Below, in pieces: positions 10,558 through 21,027 of a DNA stretch of 64,000 bases; position 1 is the stretch's first letter, and every line of letters starts with the position of its first letter. The notes under the pieces are model-generated. The model saw nothing but the letters and a program-made list of their open reading frames with translations. It had not been told where the DNA came from and made no database searches. The position numbers and the translations under genes were made by a program. The DNA is taken from the NCBI GenBank assembly GCA_902613615.1, contig CACMHQ010000003.1, forward strand, positions 128,115-192,114. Direction: 5' to 3'. This DNA is from an uncultured Candidatus Actinomarina sp. (lineage in GTDB: Bacteria; Actinomycetota; Acidimicrobiia; Actinomarinales; Actinomarinaceae).

Positions 10558-11562
10558 ATGATAAAAGTTAATATTTTTTTTGATACTGATTATTTTTTAA
10601 GCTCAAGAAAGCTTTTTTCTAAAAATGTATACATGTCCTCTTTATTCAATTCAATTTATAGGACAATTTACAATATGGGAAGACCCGTAAGTGACAACTT
10701 AATAAAATCAGGTCCACAAAAACTAATCAATAATGTAATTAAAATATCAAAATTAACTGATGCGTTTGTATTGAATAAACACATTTCTGAAAATTATTAT
10801 TTTATAAATTTTGATGAAAATAATTTTTTAACAATTGAAAAAATTTTACAAGACAAAAATTCTAAAGTTATCGTCGGTCCTCTTTACAATCAAAAAGATT
10901 TAAAAATATTAGCAAAGCTTAGTTTACAATATAATAATTTAAAAATCGTTGTTGCATCTTCATCAGCAAAAGAGGACTTAGAACAAATCACTGGACTGTC
11001 GGTAAGTAATCAAGTATCAATATTGCCTGTAGGTGTTTATAGTGAGAGTGAAATTTTTAATTTTCAAAACCAACGAAAACTTATTGATAACTATCAGTTT
11101 GATTGTCTTATTTACTTTAAAAACAGAGAATTGAAATCATTAAATGAAATAATTAATTTTTTAAAAAATAAAAATATTCGTTATAAAGTTTTAACGTATG
11201 GAGATTATAAAAATAAGCAGCTAGTTAAATACGCATTGAAATCTAAATTTGGGCTGATACTAGGAAGCACAGAAAGTCAAGGAATAGCAATCAATGAACT
11301 AATGGCAACAAATTTACCCCTCTTTGTAATTGATAAGAATATCAATAATTATGAAAATATAAAACTTTACGGAACAACAGTTCCATACTGGTCATCAGAA
11401 TGTGGAGAGAAAATTCTGGATTTAAACGATTTTAAAATGAATTTTCAAAGATTTTTAAAAAATTATGAATCAAACACTTACAAGCCAAATAATTTAATAA
11501 ATGAAAAATTAAGTTTTGAAAAATTTATTGAAAATATTCAACTCGAATTTCTTAAATTCTAA
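10558..11562 (+). CDS. Putative glycosyltransferase (GT-B-like C-terminal half)
   Basis: Only a weak motif, GSTESQGIAINELMATNLPLFV. It sits in a glycosyltransferase context. Confidence 0.3.
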   Translation: MIKVNIFFDTDYFLSSRKLFSKNVYMSSLFNSIYRTIYNMGRPVSDNLIKSGPQKLINNVIKISKLTDAFVLNKHISENYYFINFDENNFLTIEKILQDKNSKVIVGPLYNQKDLKILAKLSLQYNNLKIVVASSSAKEDLEQITGLSVSNQVSILPVGVYSESEIFNFQNQRKLIDNYQFDCLIYFKNRELKSLNEIINFLKNKNIRYKVLTYGDYKNKQLVKYALKSKFGLILGSTESQGIAINELMATNLPLFVIDKNINNYENIKLYGTTVPYWSSECGEKILDLNDFKMNFQRFLKNYESNTYKPNNLINEKLSFEKFIENIQLEFLKF

Positions 11563-12362
11563 AAATACTTTTTTTTAAGTTCTTTAAATAAATTAAAATA
11601 TTCAAACTTCGTATTATTTTTGAGTCCAAATGCATCATATCCAAATTGATCACTTGAAATCTTTTTAAGTTTATTTTTTATAAAAACTGGATGTTTATCA
11701 ATATCCATCTTGAAAACGTGTTTTTTATACCTTTCTTGTATCATTAAAAACCATGCATCAAAAGCTTCATCAGGGTTATCTCCTCCTCTATCACCATAGT
11801 TATTAAAGGTCCTAAACCATGCTCGAGCAAATCTGGCCCTATCATTTTTTATGATTTCTTTAGTTCTAAACATCGAATCATACTGCCAAATAGGAACTTT
11901 TATTTGAGGAACATTTTTGTATGTTAAAAGTTTTCCATCAAGAGTTGCCAGCATTTTATCTGTACCACCATTAAGTTTTATATCTGGAAATTTTTCTTTG
12001 TTTAGAAGCAAACACAGTTTTGTTTTTATTTGATATCTATCATGGGTGAAAAATTGATATTGTGGCAAAACAACACCTGGCTGATCATTATATTTTTTTA
12101 AATAGAATTTAATTTTCTCAATATCATCTTCATGTATAAAGTAATCAAGGTCCATTCTCATCACCCATTTAGAATCACATTTGTCAAAACCTCTCTGATA
12201 AACTTTATTAAAAATTCCCCAATCAAATTCAAGAGGCCAATCTTCACCTACAACAACAACATTATTGTCTGAGATATTGTTGTAACAATTAAGTGCTTCT
12301 TGCCAAGGATCATTTCTTTCATCAGGATTTGTCATTGTTGTAAAGACAGAAATAAAAGTCAT
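11559..12362 (-). CDS. Hypothetical protein, possibly a GT-A-like transferase
   Basis: Soluble, with an acidic DLDYFIHEDD block. I recognise no firm family signature. Confidence 0.25.
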   Translation of the reverse strand: MTFISVFTTMTNPDERNDPWQEALNCYNNISDNNVVVVGEDWPLEFDWGIFNKVYQRGFDKCDSKWVMRMDLDYFIHEDDIEKIKFYLKKYNDQPGVVLPQYQFFTHDRYQIKTKLCLLLNKEKFPDIKLNGGTDKMLATLDGKLLTYKNVPQIKVPIWQYDSMFRTKEIIKNDRARFARAWFRTFNNYGDRGGDNPDEAFDAWFLMIQERYKKHVFKMDIDKHPVFIKNKLKKISSDQFGYDAFGLKNNTKFEYFNLFKELKKKYF

Positions 12363-12430
12363 AAATAAATAATAGTTAAATAATGATTTTCAAAGCACTA
12401 CTATCTAAATTATCTGAAACATTTTAAATT

Positions 12431-13306
12431 ATGAAATTATTAAATTATTTAAAGCTAAAAATTATTAACTTATCAAACATACTCTTACCTTTTAAAAATT
12501 ATACAATTAGCTATTATTTTTCAAGATATGGAAACAATCTTCAACAAATTGCGAATGGGATTATATTTGCAAATAAAAACCAATTTAATTTTTATGTATC
12601 AAATCACAACAAAATTAATTCTTTCAAAATAATAAATAATGAAATTAATGATAAATTTTCATTATTTAAAAAAAAATATAGATTTTTTTATTTTGATAAT
12701 TCTTTTGATCTACCATCAAATTCAGTTTCAGTTTCTGAATTCTATGATGCAATGGAAGATGTTTTTAAAAATTCAATTAAAGCGAATATAAGCTTTTTAT
12801 CAAATAATATACCTAAAGAAAATGAATTAATTATTCATGTTAGAAGTGGAGATATTTTCACAAATTTTAAAAAAGATTATTATCAAAATCCTTTAATTTA
12901 TTATCTTGATATTATTAAAAAATTTGAATCGGTAATAGTTGTTACATCCGAAGAAAAAAATAATCCTGTAATTGAACATTTAGCAAACATAGAAAATGTC
13001 AAGATTCAATCTTCCTCATTAGAGAATGATTTTAACACTATTTTTAATGCAGTAAATCTCGCAACTTCTGGTGTAGGAACATTCCCCATAGCAGCAGCTC
13101 TCATGTCAGAAAATTTAAAAAATTTATACTATACCAACTTGTATCTTAAAGAACATTTGAATCCAAAAATGATTAAGAACTCAAAAATAAATCATTATGA
13201 ATTTCTTATTGAAGAAGATTATAAAAAACGATATTCAAAAAATTATGAATTAGAAAAATTAATTCTTAACAGTGGAATTAATATTCAAAAACCAAAAATG
13301 TTTTAA
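12431..13306 (+). CDS. Hypothetical protein with a fucosyltransferase-like HVRxGD motif
   Basis: LIIHVRSGDIF resembles motif I (H-[IV]-R-R-G-D-Y) of alpha-1,2 / alpha-1,6 fucosyltransferases. The rest of the protein is unrecognised. Confidence 0.3.
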   Translation: MKLLNYLKLKIINLSNILLPFKNYTISYYFSRYGNNLQQIANGIIFANKNQFNFYVSNHNKINSFKIINNEINDKFSLFKKKYRFFYFDNSFDLPSNSVSVSEFYDAMEDVFKNSIKANISFLSNNIPKENELIIHVRSGDIFTNFKKDYYQNPLIYYLDIIKKFESVIVVTSEEKNNPVIEHLANIENVKIQSSSLENDFNTIFNAVNLATSGVGTFPIAAALMSENLKNLYYTNLYLKEHLNPKMIKNSKINHYEFLIEEDYKKRYSKNYELEKLILNSGINIQKPKMF

Positions 13307-14046
13307 ACATACCAGTGGTTTAATTTTTTCATTTTAGCTATTTTTTCTTCACCCTGAATGTAATTAAAATGTACAATATAGGGATCTAAAATCTCATGAT
13401 AAGAATAAAAATGTGGACCATTAGGAAACTTATTTAATGGAAGAATGAAGTATTCAAACTCGTCTTTCTTTTTGTTTATATACGTTTGATCGTGGGTTAA
13501 ATAATTTTTAAATTCTTCATATGCTCCACTCTTTGGGTCAAAAAATTTTTTTGTTTTATCATTTGATGTGATAATCATAAAACCTGCACATAGGTTTGTA
13601 AGATTTGGTTTTGATGGTCTTTTGTCATTTTGAAAAATCATTTCATTCTTATTTATAAATTTTGAAATGTAATCTAGGAAATCTTTTTTTACTACTATAT
13701 CTCCATCAATATAAATTACATATTCAAATTGGTTCAAAGACTCAAAAATTACTTCAAATTTTTTAAGCATTACATCACCAAATGAATCATGTCGTTGTGG
13801 CATAATTTCATCTTGTTGAAGGATTTCTAATGGATCATTATCAAATAGAATTAAATTTGTATTTTTAGGAAAATTAAACTCACAAGATTCTTTATCCAAA
13901 CAAAAAACATTTAAATTGAAGTTAACATTATTAACTTCAATTGATTTTGACAAATTTTTCGTTATATCGTTGTAGCTCGAACTTGTAAAAGTCACTAAGC
14001 ATACATTTTTATATACTTCATTTATCGGGACAATATTTACTAACAT
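13303..14046 (-). CDS. Nucleotide-diphospho-sugar transferase-like protein (GT-A fold)
   Basis: VIYIDGDIVV (DXD) and HDQTYIN blocks. I chose the start at 14046 (MLVNIVP...) because it avoids a 38-nt overlap with the upstream gene; the ORF track starts at 14112. Confidence 0.4.
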   Translation of the reverse strand: MLVNIVPINEVYKNVCLVTFTSSSYNDITKNLSKSIEVNNVNFNLNVFCLDKESCEFNFPKNTNLILFDNDPLEILQQDEIMPQRHDSFGDVMLKKFEVIFESLNQFEYVIYIDGDIVVKKDFLDYISKFINKNEMIFQNDKRPSKPNLTNLCAGFMIITSNDKTKKFFDPKSGAYEEFKNYLTHDQTYINKKKDEFEYFILPLNKFPNGPHFYSYHEILDPYIVHFNYIQGEEKIAKMKKLNHWYV

Positions 14047-14074
14047 TTTTAAATATATTAATAAAAATTTATAG

Positions 14075-15262
14075 TTAATAGTTGAATTTAATTTCGAAAA
14101 AATATAACTCAAAAACTTCTAAAATTTTTGGGTTTGACCAAGACAAACAGCACTCAGGAATAACTGACAAAACAGATATTGAAACAAAAATAAACATTGA
14201 AAGTAAGTTTATTCTATTTTCAACTATGTTGTTTTTGATATGGAGATTATAAGAAATAGTGAAAAATGATAAATAAAAAATTATTACAAACCATCTTCCC
14301 CAGTCCCAACCAACAAGAAAAATTAAAATTAATAATAAAAATTCATAAGAATTTAAAAAATTGTTTTTAAAGTAAGTAACTGTAGTTCTTACATCTCCCT
14401 TGAATAATATGAAACAAATTGAAATAAAAAATAATGCAATAACGTAAGTCCAATAAAATGCAGTTCCAGAAAGAAATAGTCTTGCGGTAAGTGCAAGCCC
14501 TCTTTTTATCGACCAACCAATTGCATCTATTGCATGTGTATCGTGTATAGACAACAAAGCTATATCATCAATTGGAAGTTCGTTGAGTATCCTTTCACTT
14601 AGATTCTTATCACCTTTAAATAAAGCCATTAAAGAAAATAGAGCAATTGAAAGTCCAAGATATAGATTTTCAATTTTTATATTAAGAAATCTTTTTATTT
14701 CTGTTCTCTTTAAGTTGTAAAAATAAAAAGGACCAAAAATTAATAACATGCCTTCATGAATCAAACCTGTGAAAATTATTGTGAAGAAAAGAAAAATATA
14801 TTTAAATACATTTTGACCTTTTACTTTGTTGATTAATCCAAAATAAATTAAAAATAAATTAAGAAAAAAAATTTCTTTTCTATGAAAAACATTATTGTGA
14901 ATAGCTAAATTAAAAACACCAAACGAACTTATTGTAAGAAAAAATAGATGCCAATTTCCCAAACCCGTTCTAAAAATATTTAAAGTAATAAGAAATATAA
15001 ACAAAGAAAAGTTGTAAAAAACAATATTCTGTATGATACTATTAGCAGAATCACCACTCCCTAGAGTTAATATAATTTCTCCTAAGAGACCTCTCCTAAC
15101 AAATTGTCCCGGATAGTTTATTAAAAGTTCTGAGTATGACCAATGTCCCCAATCTAGTCCTTTTGATCCAATCGTCTTAGAATATAAAACATAAATCGTT
15201 GAAATTAAAATAACAAAATTTAAAACAAAAAAAATATTAAAAATTTTATTTTTATTTTTCAT
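14075..15262 (-). CDS. Polytopic membrane protein, paralogue of 36163..37449
   Basis: About 10 hydrophobic helices. It shares WSYSELLINYPGQFVRRGLLGEI / WTYNEWLVNYQGGLVKRGFTGEI and WDWGRWF / QDWGRWL blocks with the 36163..37449 product. Confidence 0.5.
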   Translation of the reverse strand: MKNKNKIFNIFFVLNFVILISTIYVLYSKTIGSKGLDWGHWSYSELLINYPGQFVRRGLLGEIILTLGSGDSANSIIQNIVFYNFSLFIFLITLNIFRTGLGNWHLFFLTISSFGVFNLAIHNNVFHRKEIFFLNLFLIYFGLINKVKGQNVFKYIFLFFTIIFTGLIHEGMLLIFGPFYFYNLKRTEIKRFLNIKIENLYLGLSIALFSLMALFKGDKNLSERILNELPIDDIALLSIHDTHAIDAIGWSIKRGLALTARLFLSGTAFYWTYVIALFFISICFILFKGDVRTTVTYFKNNFLNSYEFLLLILIFLVGWDWGRWFVIIFYLSFFTISYNLHIKNNIVENRINLLSMFIFVSISVLSVIPECCLSWSNPKILEVFELYFFEIKFNY

Positions 15263-15263
15263 T

Positions 15264-15959
15264 TTACCTCAATGTTGATTCATAAATGTTTTCTTTAGTT
15301 CCTTGAAAAAATATTGGTTTTTTTATCCAATGAATATTTAAATCGAGTTTATAAAACTGATAAGCTAATTCCCAATCAATTACTAAGTTAAATGGCAATA
15401 TTGAATCAACTATTTTTCTTGCAACCTCTTTTTTAATTATGTAGGCTTCGAGGCAGTTTGTAGCGGGATGACTTACTTTTATATTATTTATTGGAAAGAA
15501 TCTTTTATAACTAATTTTTTTATTTCTGAAATTTTCTCCCATACCGTTACCAATAAATAATGCATCCCATTTAATTGTGTTAGATAGTATTTTCTCTATC
15601 TGTGATAAGTAATCATCATTATATGGAATTGCATCATCTTCTAAAACTAATCCAAAATCTTTATTGGAATATCCTATTTTTCTTAATGCCTCAATATGTT
15701 TTATTGAGCATGAAATTTCAGGACTGGAAAGTACGTAATATTCATTAGCTTTTTTATTCCAGATCTTACTTTTTGTGTTAAAAAGATCTTCATCGTCTTT
15801 GTAATAATGGCCAATATTATTTTGATTAAGTTCTTCTTGATCAAATTCATTTATATATTCAAATTCAATATTTTTATCTTTAAGAAGGTTATCTAAATAA
15901 ATTTTTCTTTCAGTAAGTTTTGTATAGTGAACAATATAAATTTTTAGATTATTTTTCAT
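15264..15959 (-). CDS. Family 25 glycosyltransferase (LgtB/Lic2B-like, beta-1,4-galactosyltransferase type)
   Basis: The N-terminus IYIVHYTKLTERKIYLDNLL and the block SCSIKHIEALRKI...FGLVLEDDAIP match the GT25 pattern (IyvIsL...R; GC.lSH...w; lIlEDD). Confidence 0.6.
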   Translation of the reverse strand: MKNNLKIYIVHYTKLTERKIYLDNLLKDKNIEFEYINEFDQEELNQNNIGHYYKDDEDLFNTKSKIWNKKANEYYVLSSPEISCSIKHIEALRKIGYSNKDFGLVLEDDAIPYNDDYLSQIEKILSNTIKWDALFIGNGMGENFRNKKISYKRFFPINNIKVSHPATNCLEAYIIKKEVARKIVDSILPFNLVIDWELAYQFYKLDLNIHWIKKPIFFQGTKENIYESTLR

Positions 15960-16858
15960 TTTTCTATGGCGTCTGTTAAAAAATCTAAAATATTTTCTTG
16001 GAGTACATATTCAGGAAAAGTATTATTGTAAAAAATAGGTTGATCAAAATATTCCTGTAATTGCTTTTTAGAACTATTCACTTCCATAATTTTATCAATT
16101 AAATGATCATCGTTATCAAAGTCTTCATAGTATATAATTTTATCTTTATTGAAATCTTTTTTGACAAAATCACTTCCCCAGTAAATTGGAATACTATTTG
16201 TGTAAAGAGCATGTAAAATTTTTTCAGTAACATATCCGTGAGAATTACTATTTTCAAAAGCAATATTGAATTTGAAATATTTCATGAAGTTTAATTTATG
16301 TTTTTGATCTCCTCTTCCTTTAAGTGGATAGTAAGTATTGTTATATAACGATCCTCCGCAGTGCACTTTCTTAATATCATTCAATTTTGGAACAAATTCT
16401 AATCTTTTGCCAGTAGGTTTAGAGGCTACAAAAGAACAAAAAAGGTAATTCTCTAGAATATTTTTGTTTTTCTTTATTAAACTATCAGGATTTATTAGAT
16501 AAGACTGATCTCTTGTATAATCCTCTTCAACATTAAACCAGTTTATGAACAAGACCCAAAGTGGTAATCTATAATTTTTATCTCCTAAATTATTTTTGAA
16601 ACTTAATGAGAAATCAGTTTCTTCAAAATTTGGGTTAATATTTTCTCCGGTATAAAAAATTTTTTTTGTATATCCATTATCAAAATTTTTATGATTTTCA
16701 CTTTCTGAATAATCAGCGGAATGGAAGAGTACATCAGGTGTCGAATTGTTTATCTCTAAATCATATTTAAGTGAGAGTAAATTGAAAAAATAATTGTCAT
16801 GTTCCTTAAAGTTAGGCCAGAAATCTGTGAAGAAAATTTTAAGTTTTTTTTTGCTCAA
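15956..16858 (-). CDS. Family 10 glycosyltransferase (alpha-1,3/4-fucosyltransferase type)
   Basis: YFKFNIAFENSNSHGYVTEKILHALYTNSIPIYWG matches the GT10 signature (YKF.LAFENS...DYVTEK....A...G.IPIYWG). Confidence 0.8.
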   Translation of the reverse strand: MSKKKLKIFFTDFWPNFKEHDNYFFNLLSLKYDLEINNSTPDVLFHSADYSESENHKNFDNGYTKKIFYTGENINPNFEETDFSLSFKNNLGDKNYRLPLWVLFINWFNVEEDYTRDQSYLINPDSLIKKNKNILENYLFCSFVASKPTGKRLEFVPKLNDIKKVHCGGSLYNNTYYPLKGRGDQKHKLNFMKYFKFNIAFENSNSHGYVTEKILHALYTNSIPIYWGSDFVKKDFNKDKIIYYEDFDNDDHLIDKIMEVNSSKKQLQEYFDQPIFYNNTFPEYVLQENILDFLTDAIEK

Positions 16859-16944
16859 TGTATCAAATTTTATGCTTCAGGTAAGTATATAATTAAAATT
16901 ATTATGTGGCAGAACAAAACTTTGTTTTTAAGTAAAATTACCAA

Positions 16945-17976
16945 ATGAAAGCTTTTGTTACTGGTATTAACGGGCAAGATGGTTCATATTTAGCTGAACT
17001 CTTACTTGAAAAAGGTTATGAAGTTCATGGAACAGTTAGAAGATCATCTTCTATAAATACAAGCAAGATAGATCATTTAATTTCTGAACATCAGGGAGAA
17101 GATCTTTTCCTTTACTATTCTGACTTACTAGATTCATCCTCTCTGACTAATTTAATTTCTAAAATTATGCCTGATGAAGTCTACAACCTTGCCGCTCAGT
17201 CACATGTAGCTGTATCATTTCAAAATCCTGTATTTACAATGCAAACAAGCACACTTGGACCATTATCTATATTGGAATCAATAAGAAACACCAATAAAGA
17301 TATAAAATTTTATCAAGCTTCTTCATCTGAAATGTATGGAGGAGAATTGAAAGAAAGCCTAAGTGAAGATTCAAAATTTGACCCAAAAAGCCCCTATGCT
17401 GCATCAAAAGTATTTGCTTATGATATAACCAGAATTTATAGAGATTCTTATAATATGTTTGCAACAAATGGTGTCTTATTTAATCATGAATCTCCTAGAA
17501 GAGGAGAAACTTTTGTAACTAGAAAAATATCTAAAGCTGTTGGAAGAATTTATGTTGGAATACAAAACAAGTTAACCTTAGGCAATCTAAACGCTTCAAG
17601 AGATTGGGGTTTCGCAGGTGACTATGTTGAAGCAATGTGGAAAATACTTCAACATGATACACCGTCTGATTGGGTTATTGCCACAGGGGAAACATACACA
17701 GTTCAACAGTTTGTTGAAGAAGCTTTTTCATTAGTAGATTTAAATCATGAGGAGTATATTCAGACATCTGAAAAATATCTTCGCCCAAATGAGGTTGAGT
17801 ATTTGTTGGGAGATTCTACAAAAGCAAGAACAGAACTGAATTGGAAACCGAAAGTTTCTTTCTCAGAATTAGTAAAAATGATGGTTGATAACGATATAAA
17901 AGAAGCAGAAAAAGAATTGACATTGCTTGAAAATGGTTTGATTGTTCCAACTTGGGAAAATTATAAAAGTCCCTAA
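16945..17976 (+). CDS. gmd: GDP-mannose 4,6-dehydratase
   Basis: MKAFVTGINGQDGSYLAELLLEKGYEVHG, NLAAQSHVAVSF, YQASSSEMYG, SPYAASKVFAY, NGVLFNHESPRRGETFVTRKI and RDWGFAGDYVEAMW together form a full-length Gmd signature. Confidence 0.92.
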   Translation: MKAFVTGINGQDGSYLAELLLEKGYEVHGTVRRSSSINTSKIDHLISEHQGEDLFLYYSDLLDSSSLTNLISKIMPDEVYNLAAQSHVAVSFQNPVFTMQTSTLGPLSILESIRNTNKDIKFYQASSSEMYGGELKESLSEDSKFDPKSPYAASKVFAYDITRIYRDSYNMFATNGVLFNHESPRRGETFVTRKISKAVGRIYVGIQNKLTLGNLNASRDWGFAGDYVEAMWKILQHDTPSDWVIATGETYTVQQFVEEAFSLVDLNHEEYIQTSEKYLRPNEVEYLLGDSTKARTELNWKPKVSFSELVKMMVDNDIKEAEKELTLLENGLIVPTWENYKSP

Positions 17977-18003
17977 ATCTTTAAAAATTAAGATTGGAAA
18001 AAA

Positions 18004-18717
18004 ATGAATGAATTCTGGACTGAGGAACTTGAACCTGGTTATTATGATTTAAAATTTTCTAAAGGATTAAAATCAAAAAGAGGCGTTCAATCTTTTTGGC
18101 ATTTGGGAACATTTAAAAAAATGGCAGAATACCTAAAACCAGATATGAACCATCTTGATTATGCTTGTGGCCCAGGAACTTTTATTGGAATGTATACATT
18201 TGGAAACTCCTTTGGCGTGGATATTTCTGAAAACCAGATCGACTATGCAAAATTAAATTATGGAGATAAGGGAAAATTTGATACCTTAGAAAATTTTTTA
18301 AATTATAAAGAAAAAGATTCCTATGATCTCATAACAATAATGGGGCTTATTGAATTTATTAGCGATGAAGAGATATTAAGGCTAAATGAGGAGCTCCTAA
18401 AAATGGTAAGAAAAGGAGGAAAGCTTGTTTACACTACTCCAAATTTTCGCGGCTTGATGTTTTTTCTTGAAATTGCTTTAAATTTTTTTGGAAAAGTAAA
18501 TTATAGTGATGAACATGTAAATAAGTTTAACCGTAAAAAACTTAAAAATTTATTTTATGATTCAACTAAGTCTTACAAAATAAAAAATTTTATAAATGTT
18601 AGTTTATTCTTTTCAATATTTAGTCACTCAGTTGCTTTAAAAGTAGAGAATATTGTAGATAAATTATTTGGATCTAGATTTGGGTCGTTGATGTTAATTG
18701 AAATAAACAATGTTTAG
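18004..18717 (+). CDS. Class I SAM-dependent methyltransferase
   Basis: Motif I HLDYACGPGTF, followed by the post-I acidic residue (GVDISE) and motif II DLITIMGLIEFI. Confidence 0.7.
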   Translation: MNEFWTEELEPGYYDLKFSKGLKSKRGVQSFWHLGTFKKMAEYLKPDMNHLDYACGPGTFIGMYTFGNSFGVDISENQIDYAKLNYGDKGKFDTLENFLNYKEKDSYDLITIMGLIEFISDEEILRLNEELLKMVRKGGKLVYTTPNFRGLMFFLEIALNFFGKVNYSDEHVNKFNRKKLKNLFYDSTKSYKIKNFINVSLFFSIFSHSVALKVENIVDKLFGSRFGSLMLIEINNV

Positions 18718-18737
18718 AATATTTTAAAGGAACCAAA

Positions 18738-19523
18738 ATGAAAAAACTTCCAGTTTCATTAATATTGCCAACTTTTAATGAAAAAGAAAATTTAGAAATA
18801 ATTATTCCTGAAATTGTTGATTTGTTTGAAAATATAATTGAAACTAATTACGAGATCCTTGTTGTGGACGATTCTTCTAATGATGGTACTGATAGATTAG
18901 TTAATGAGTTATCAAACTATAATAAAAATATAGTATTCATCTCTAGGCAAAATTCACCGTCCCTACCATTATCAATTTTAAAAGGAATTACAGAAGCAAA
19001 ATATGAAAATGTTATGTGGATGGATGCAGATGGTTCGATGACAATTATTGCAATGAAAGAAATAATTTATAAATTTTTAGAAAATCCGAATTCTGTTGTT
19101 ATAGGCTCAAGGTTCAAAGATGGTGGTGGATATAAAGGAGTGACAGATGCAAGCAAGCAAAATATATTTAAAGCTGTATCGATTGTAAACAAATCTGAAG
19201 ACTCAGTTATTGGAATGTTGCTCTCAATATTTATTAACAAAATATTGTCTTTCTTGTTTAAAACAAATCTAACTGACTTAACAAGTGGATTTATTATTTT
19301 AAGAAGAAATTATATCAATGAAGATATTTTTAAAAATAGGGAATATGGAGAATATTTCATTTATTTAGTTAGTGATTTAATTTCTCAAGACCTGGATTTA
19401 ATTGAAGTAAGTTACATATGTGAGACAAGAAAAAAAGGCTATTCAAAAACAGCAAATAGTATTTTTCAAATCGTAAAAAGAGGTATACCATATTTCTATG
19501 CTGCATGGCGTGAAAGAAAATGA
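18738..19523 (+). CDS. GT2 polyprenol-phosphate glycosyltransferase (DPM1/ArnC-like)
   Basis: VSLILPTFNEKENLEIIIPEI...ILVVDDSSNDGT, MDADGS (DXD) and DLTSGF blocks match the DPM1/ArnC/GtrB type. Confidence 0.7.
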   Translation: MKKLPVSLILPTFNEKENLEIIIPEIVDLFENIIETNYEILVVDDSSNDGTDRLVNELSNYNKNIVFISRQNSPSLPLSILKGITEAKYENVMWMDADGSMTIIAMKEIIYKFLENPNSVVIGSRFKDGGGYKGVTDASKQNIFKAVSIVNKSEDSVIGMLLSIFINKILSFLFKTNLTDLTSGFIILRRNYINEDIFKNREYGEYFIYLVSDLISQDLDLIEVSYICETRKKGYSKTANSIFQIVKRGIPYFYAAWRERK

Positions 19524-19921
19524 ATCTTATGAAAATTCATGATAATGAAGGTAAGCTTTTAGCAATTATTGTTAAAAAGAATGAACAAACAGCGGGCAAA
19601 AATTTTTATACAGATGATTCAAGTGAATTACAATTAGCAACTTTTGAACTTTCTGAAGATGAAATAATTGATAGACACATACATGACGATCAAATCAGAA
19701 ATATTGTTAAAACATCGGAAGCAATAATTTTGCAGGAAGGCGTTCTTGTTTTTGATATTTATGATAATTACCTAAATCCAATTACTCAAGTGTCACTTGA
19801 GGCTGGAGATATAATACTTCTTTTAGATGGTGGACATGGAATAAAAGTTAATAAAAAAGCAAAGTTTATTGAAGTAAAGCAGGGCCCTTATGACGAGCAA
19901 AATGACAAAAGAAGATTCTAA
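19520..19921 (+). CDS. Small cupin-fold protein (WxcM/WbuC-like)
   Basis: 133 aa with DRHIHDD and GDIILLLDGGHG beta-barrel-type blocks. It sits between a GT2 and a DegT aminotransferase, as sugar ketoisomerase-type cupins often do. Confidence 0.35.
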   Translation: MNLMKIHDNEGKLLAIIVKKNEQTAGKNFYTDDSSELQLATFELSEDEIIDRHIHDDQIRNIVKTSEAIILQEGVLVFDIYDNYLNPITQVSLEAGDIILLLDGGHGIKVNKKAKFIEVKQGPYDEQNDKRRF

Positions 19922-21023
19922 ATTTATATCTGTTTTTGAACCAACTGTAACATTAAAAGACAAAGTTTCAGTTTTAAAGAGCTTAAATAAGAAAGATATT
20001 TCTGGTTCAAGCAGCACAATTCAAGAATTTGAGGATATAATTTCTCGTCAATTTGATAGAAAATATGCTGTATCAGTTTCAAATGGAAGCGTTGCTCTTG
20101 ACTTAGCTCTAAATGTTTTCAATTTTGATAAAAATGATGAAATAATTGTTCCAAGCTTTACAATAATCTCTTGTCTATCAGCAATTATTAGAAGTGGTGG
20201 CAAACCGATTTTTTGTGATGTCGATATTAATTCATGGAATATGACTCTTAATAATGTAAAAAAAGTTTTTAATAAAAATACAAAAGCAATACTTATGGTT
20301 CACACCTATGGTCTAACTTCAGAGGCATCTGAGATAAGACAATTTTCAAATGACAATGACTTAATTTTAATTGAAGATACAGCAGAAGCACATGGTCAAA
20401 CATACAACAATATCAAATGTGGTTCATTTGGAGATGTATCAACACTTAGCTTTTATGCAAATAAACATATTACTACCGGAGAAGGCGGTATGGTTTTAAC
20501 CGATGATGAAGAAATATATAAATCTTTAATACAGATGCGTAATCTAGACTTTAAGTCAAAAACACGATTTCAACATGATAATTTATATTGGAATTATAGA
20601 CTTGGCGGATTGCAAGCAGCACTTGGAATTTCACAATCAAAAAATTTGAAGAGAGTCATTGAGAACAAAATAAGACAAGGTTATATCTATGATGAATTTT
20701 TATCAGAAGTAAATCAAATTATTTTACCATTGAAAAATACAAATACATCAAAAAACCATTACTGGGTTTACGGGATTGTGTTAAAAGAAAAAAATAGGGA
20801 TGAATTACAAAATTATTTGCTGCATAACGGAATCCAAACAAGAAAATTCTTTTGGCCATTACATTTACAAAATGCTCTACCTGGCGAATTTAAAACAAAC
20901 GAGACTTTAAGTATTTCTGAAAATTTAGGATCCAATGGATTGTATTTACCAATTGGTGATCATTTAAATAAAAAAGACCAAGAGTTTATAGCTAATAAAA
21001 TAAAAAGTTTTTTTATTGAATAA
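19890..21023 (+). CDS. DegT/DnrJ/EryC1/StrS-family PLP-dependent sugar aminotransferase
   Basis: NGSVALDLAL, IIVPSFTIISC, IEDTAEAHG and the PLP-lysine block LSFYANKHITTGEGGMV. The true start may be the second ATG at 19902. Confidence 0.85.
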   Translation: MTSKMTKEDSKFISVFEPTVTLKDKVSVLKSLNKKDISGSSSTIQEFEDIISRQFDRKYAVSVSNGSVALDLALNVFNFDKNDEIIVPSFTIISCLSAIIRSGGKPIFCDVDINSWNMTLNNVKKVFNKNTKAILMVHTYGLTSEASEIRQFSNDNDLILIEDTAEAHGQTYNNIKCGSFGDVSTLSFYANKHITTGEGGMVLTDDEEIYKSLIQMRNLDFKSKTRFQHDNLYWNYRLGGLQAALGISQSKNLKRVIENKIRQGYIYDEFLSEVNQIILPLKNTNTSKNHYWVYGIVLKEKNRDELQNYLLHNGIQTRKFFWPLHLQNALPGEFKTNETLSISENLGSNGLYLPIGDHLNKKDQEFIANKIKSFFIE

Positions 21024-21027
21024 TTAA

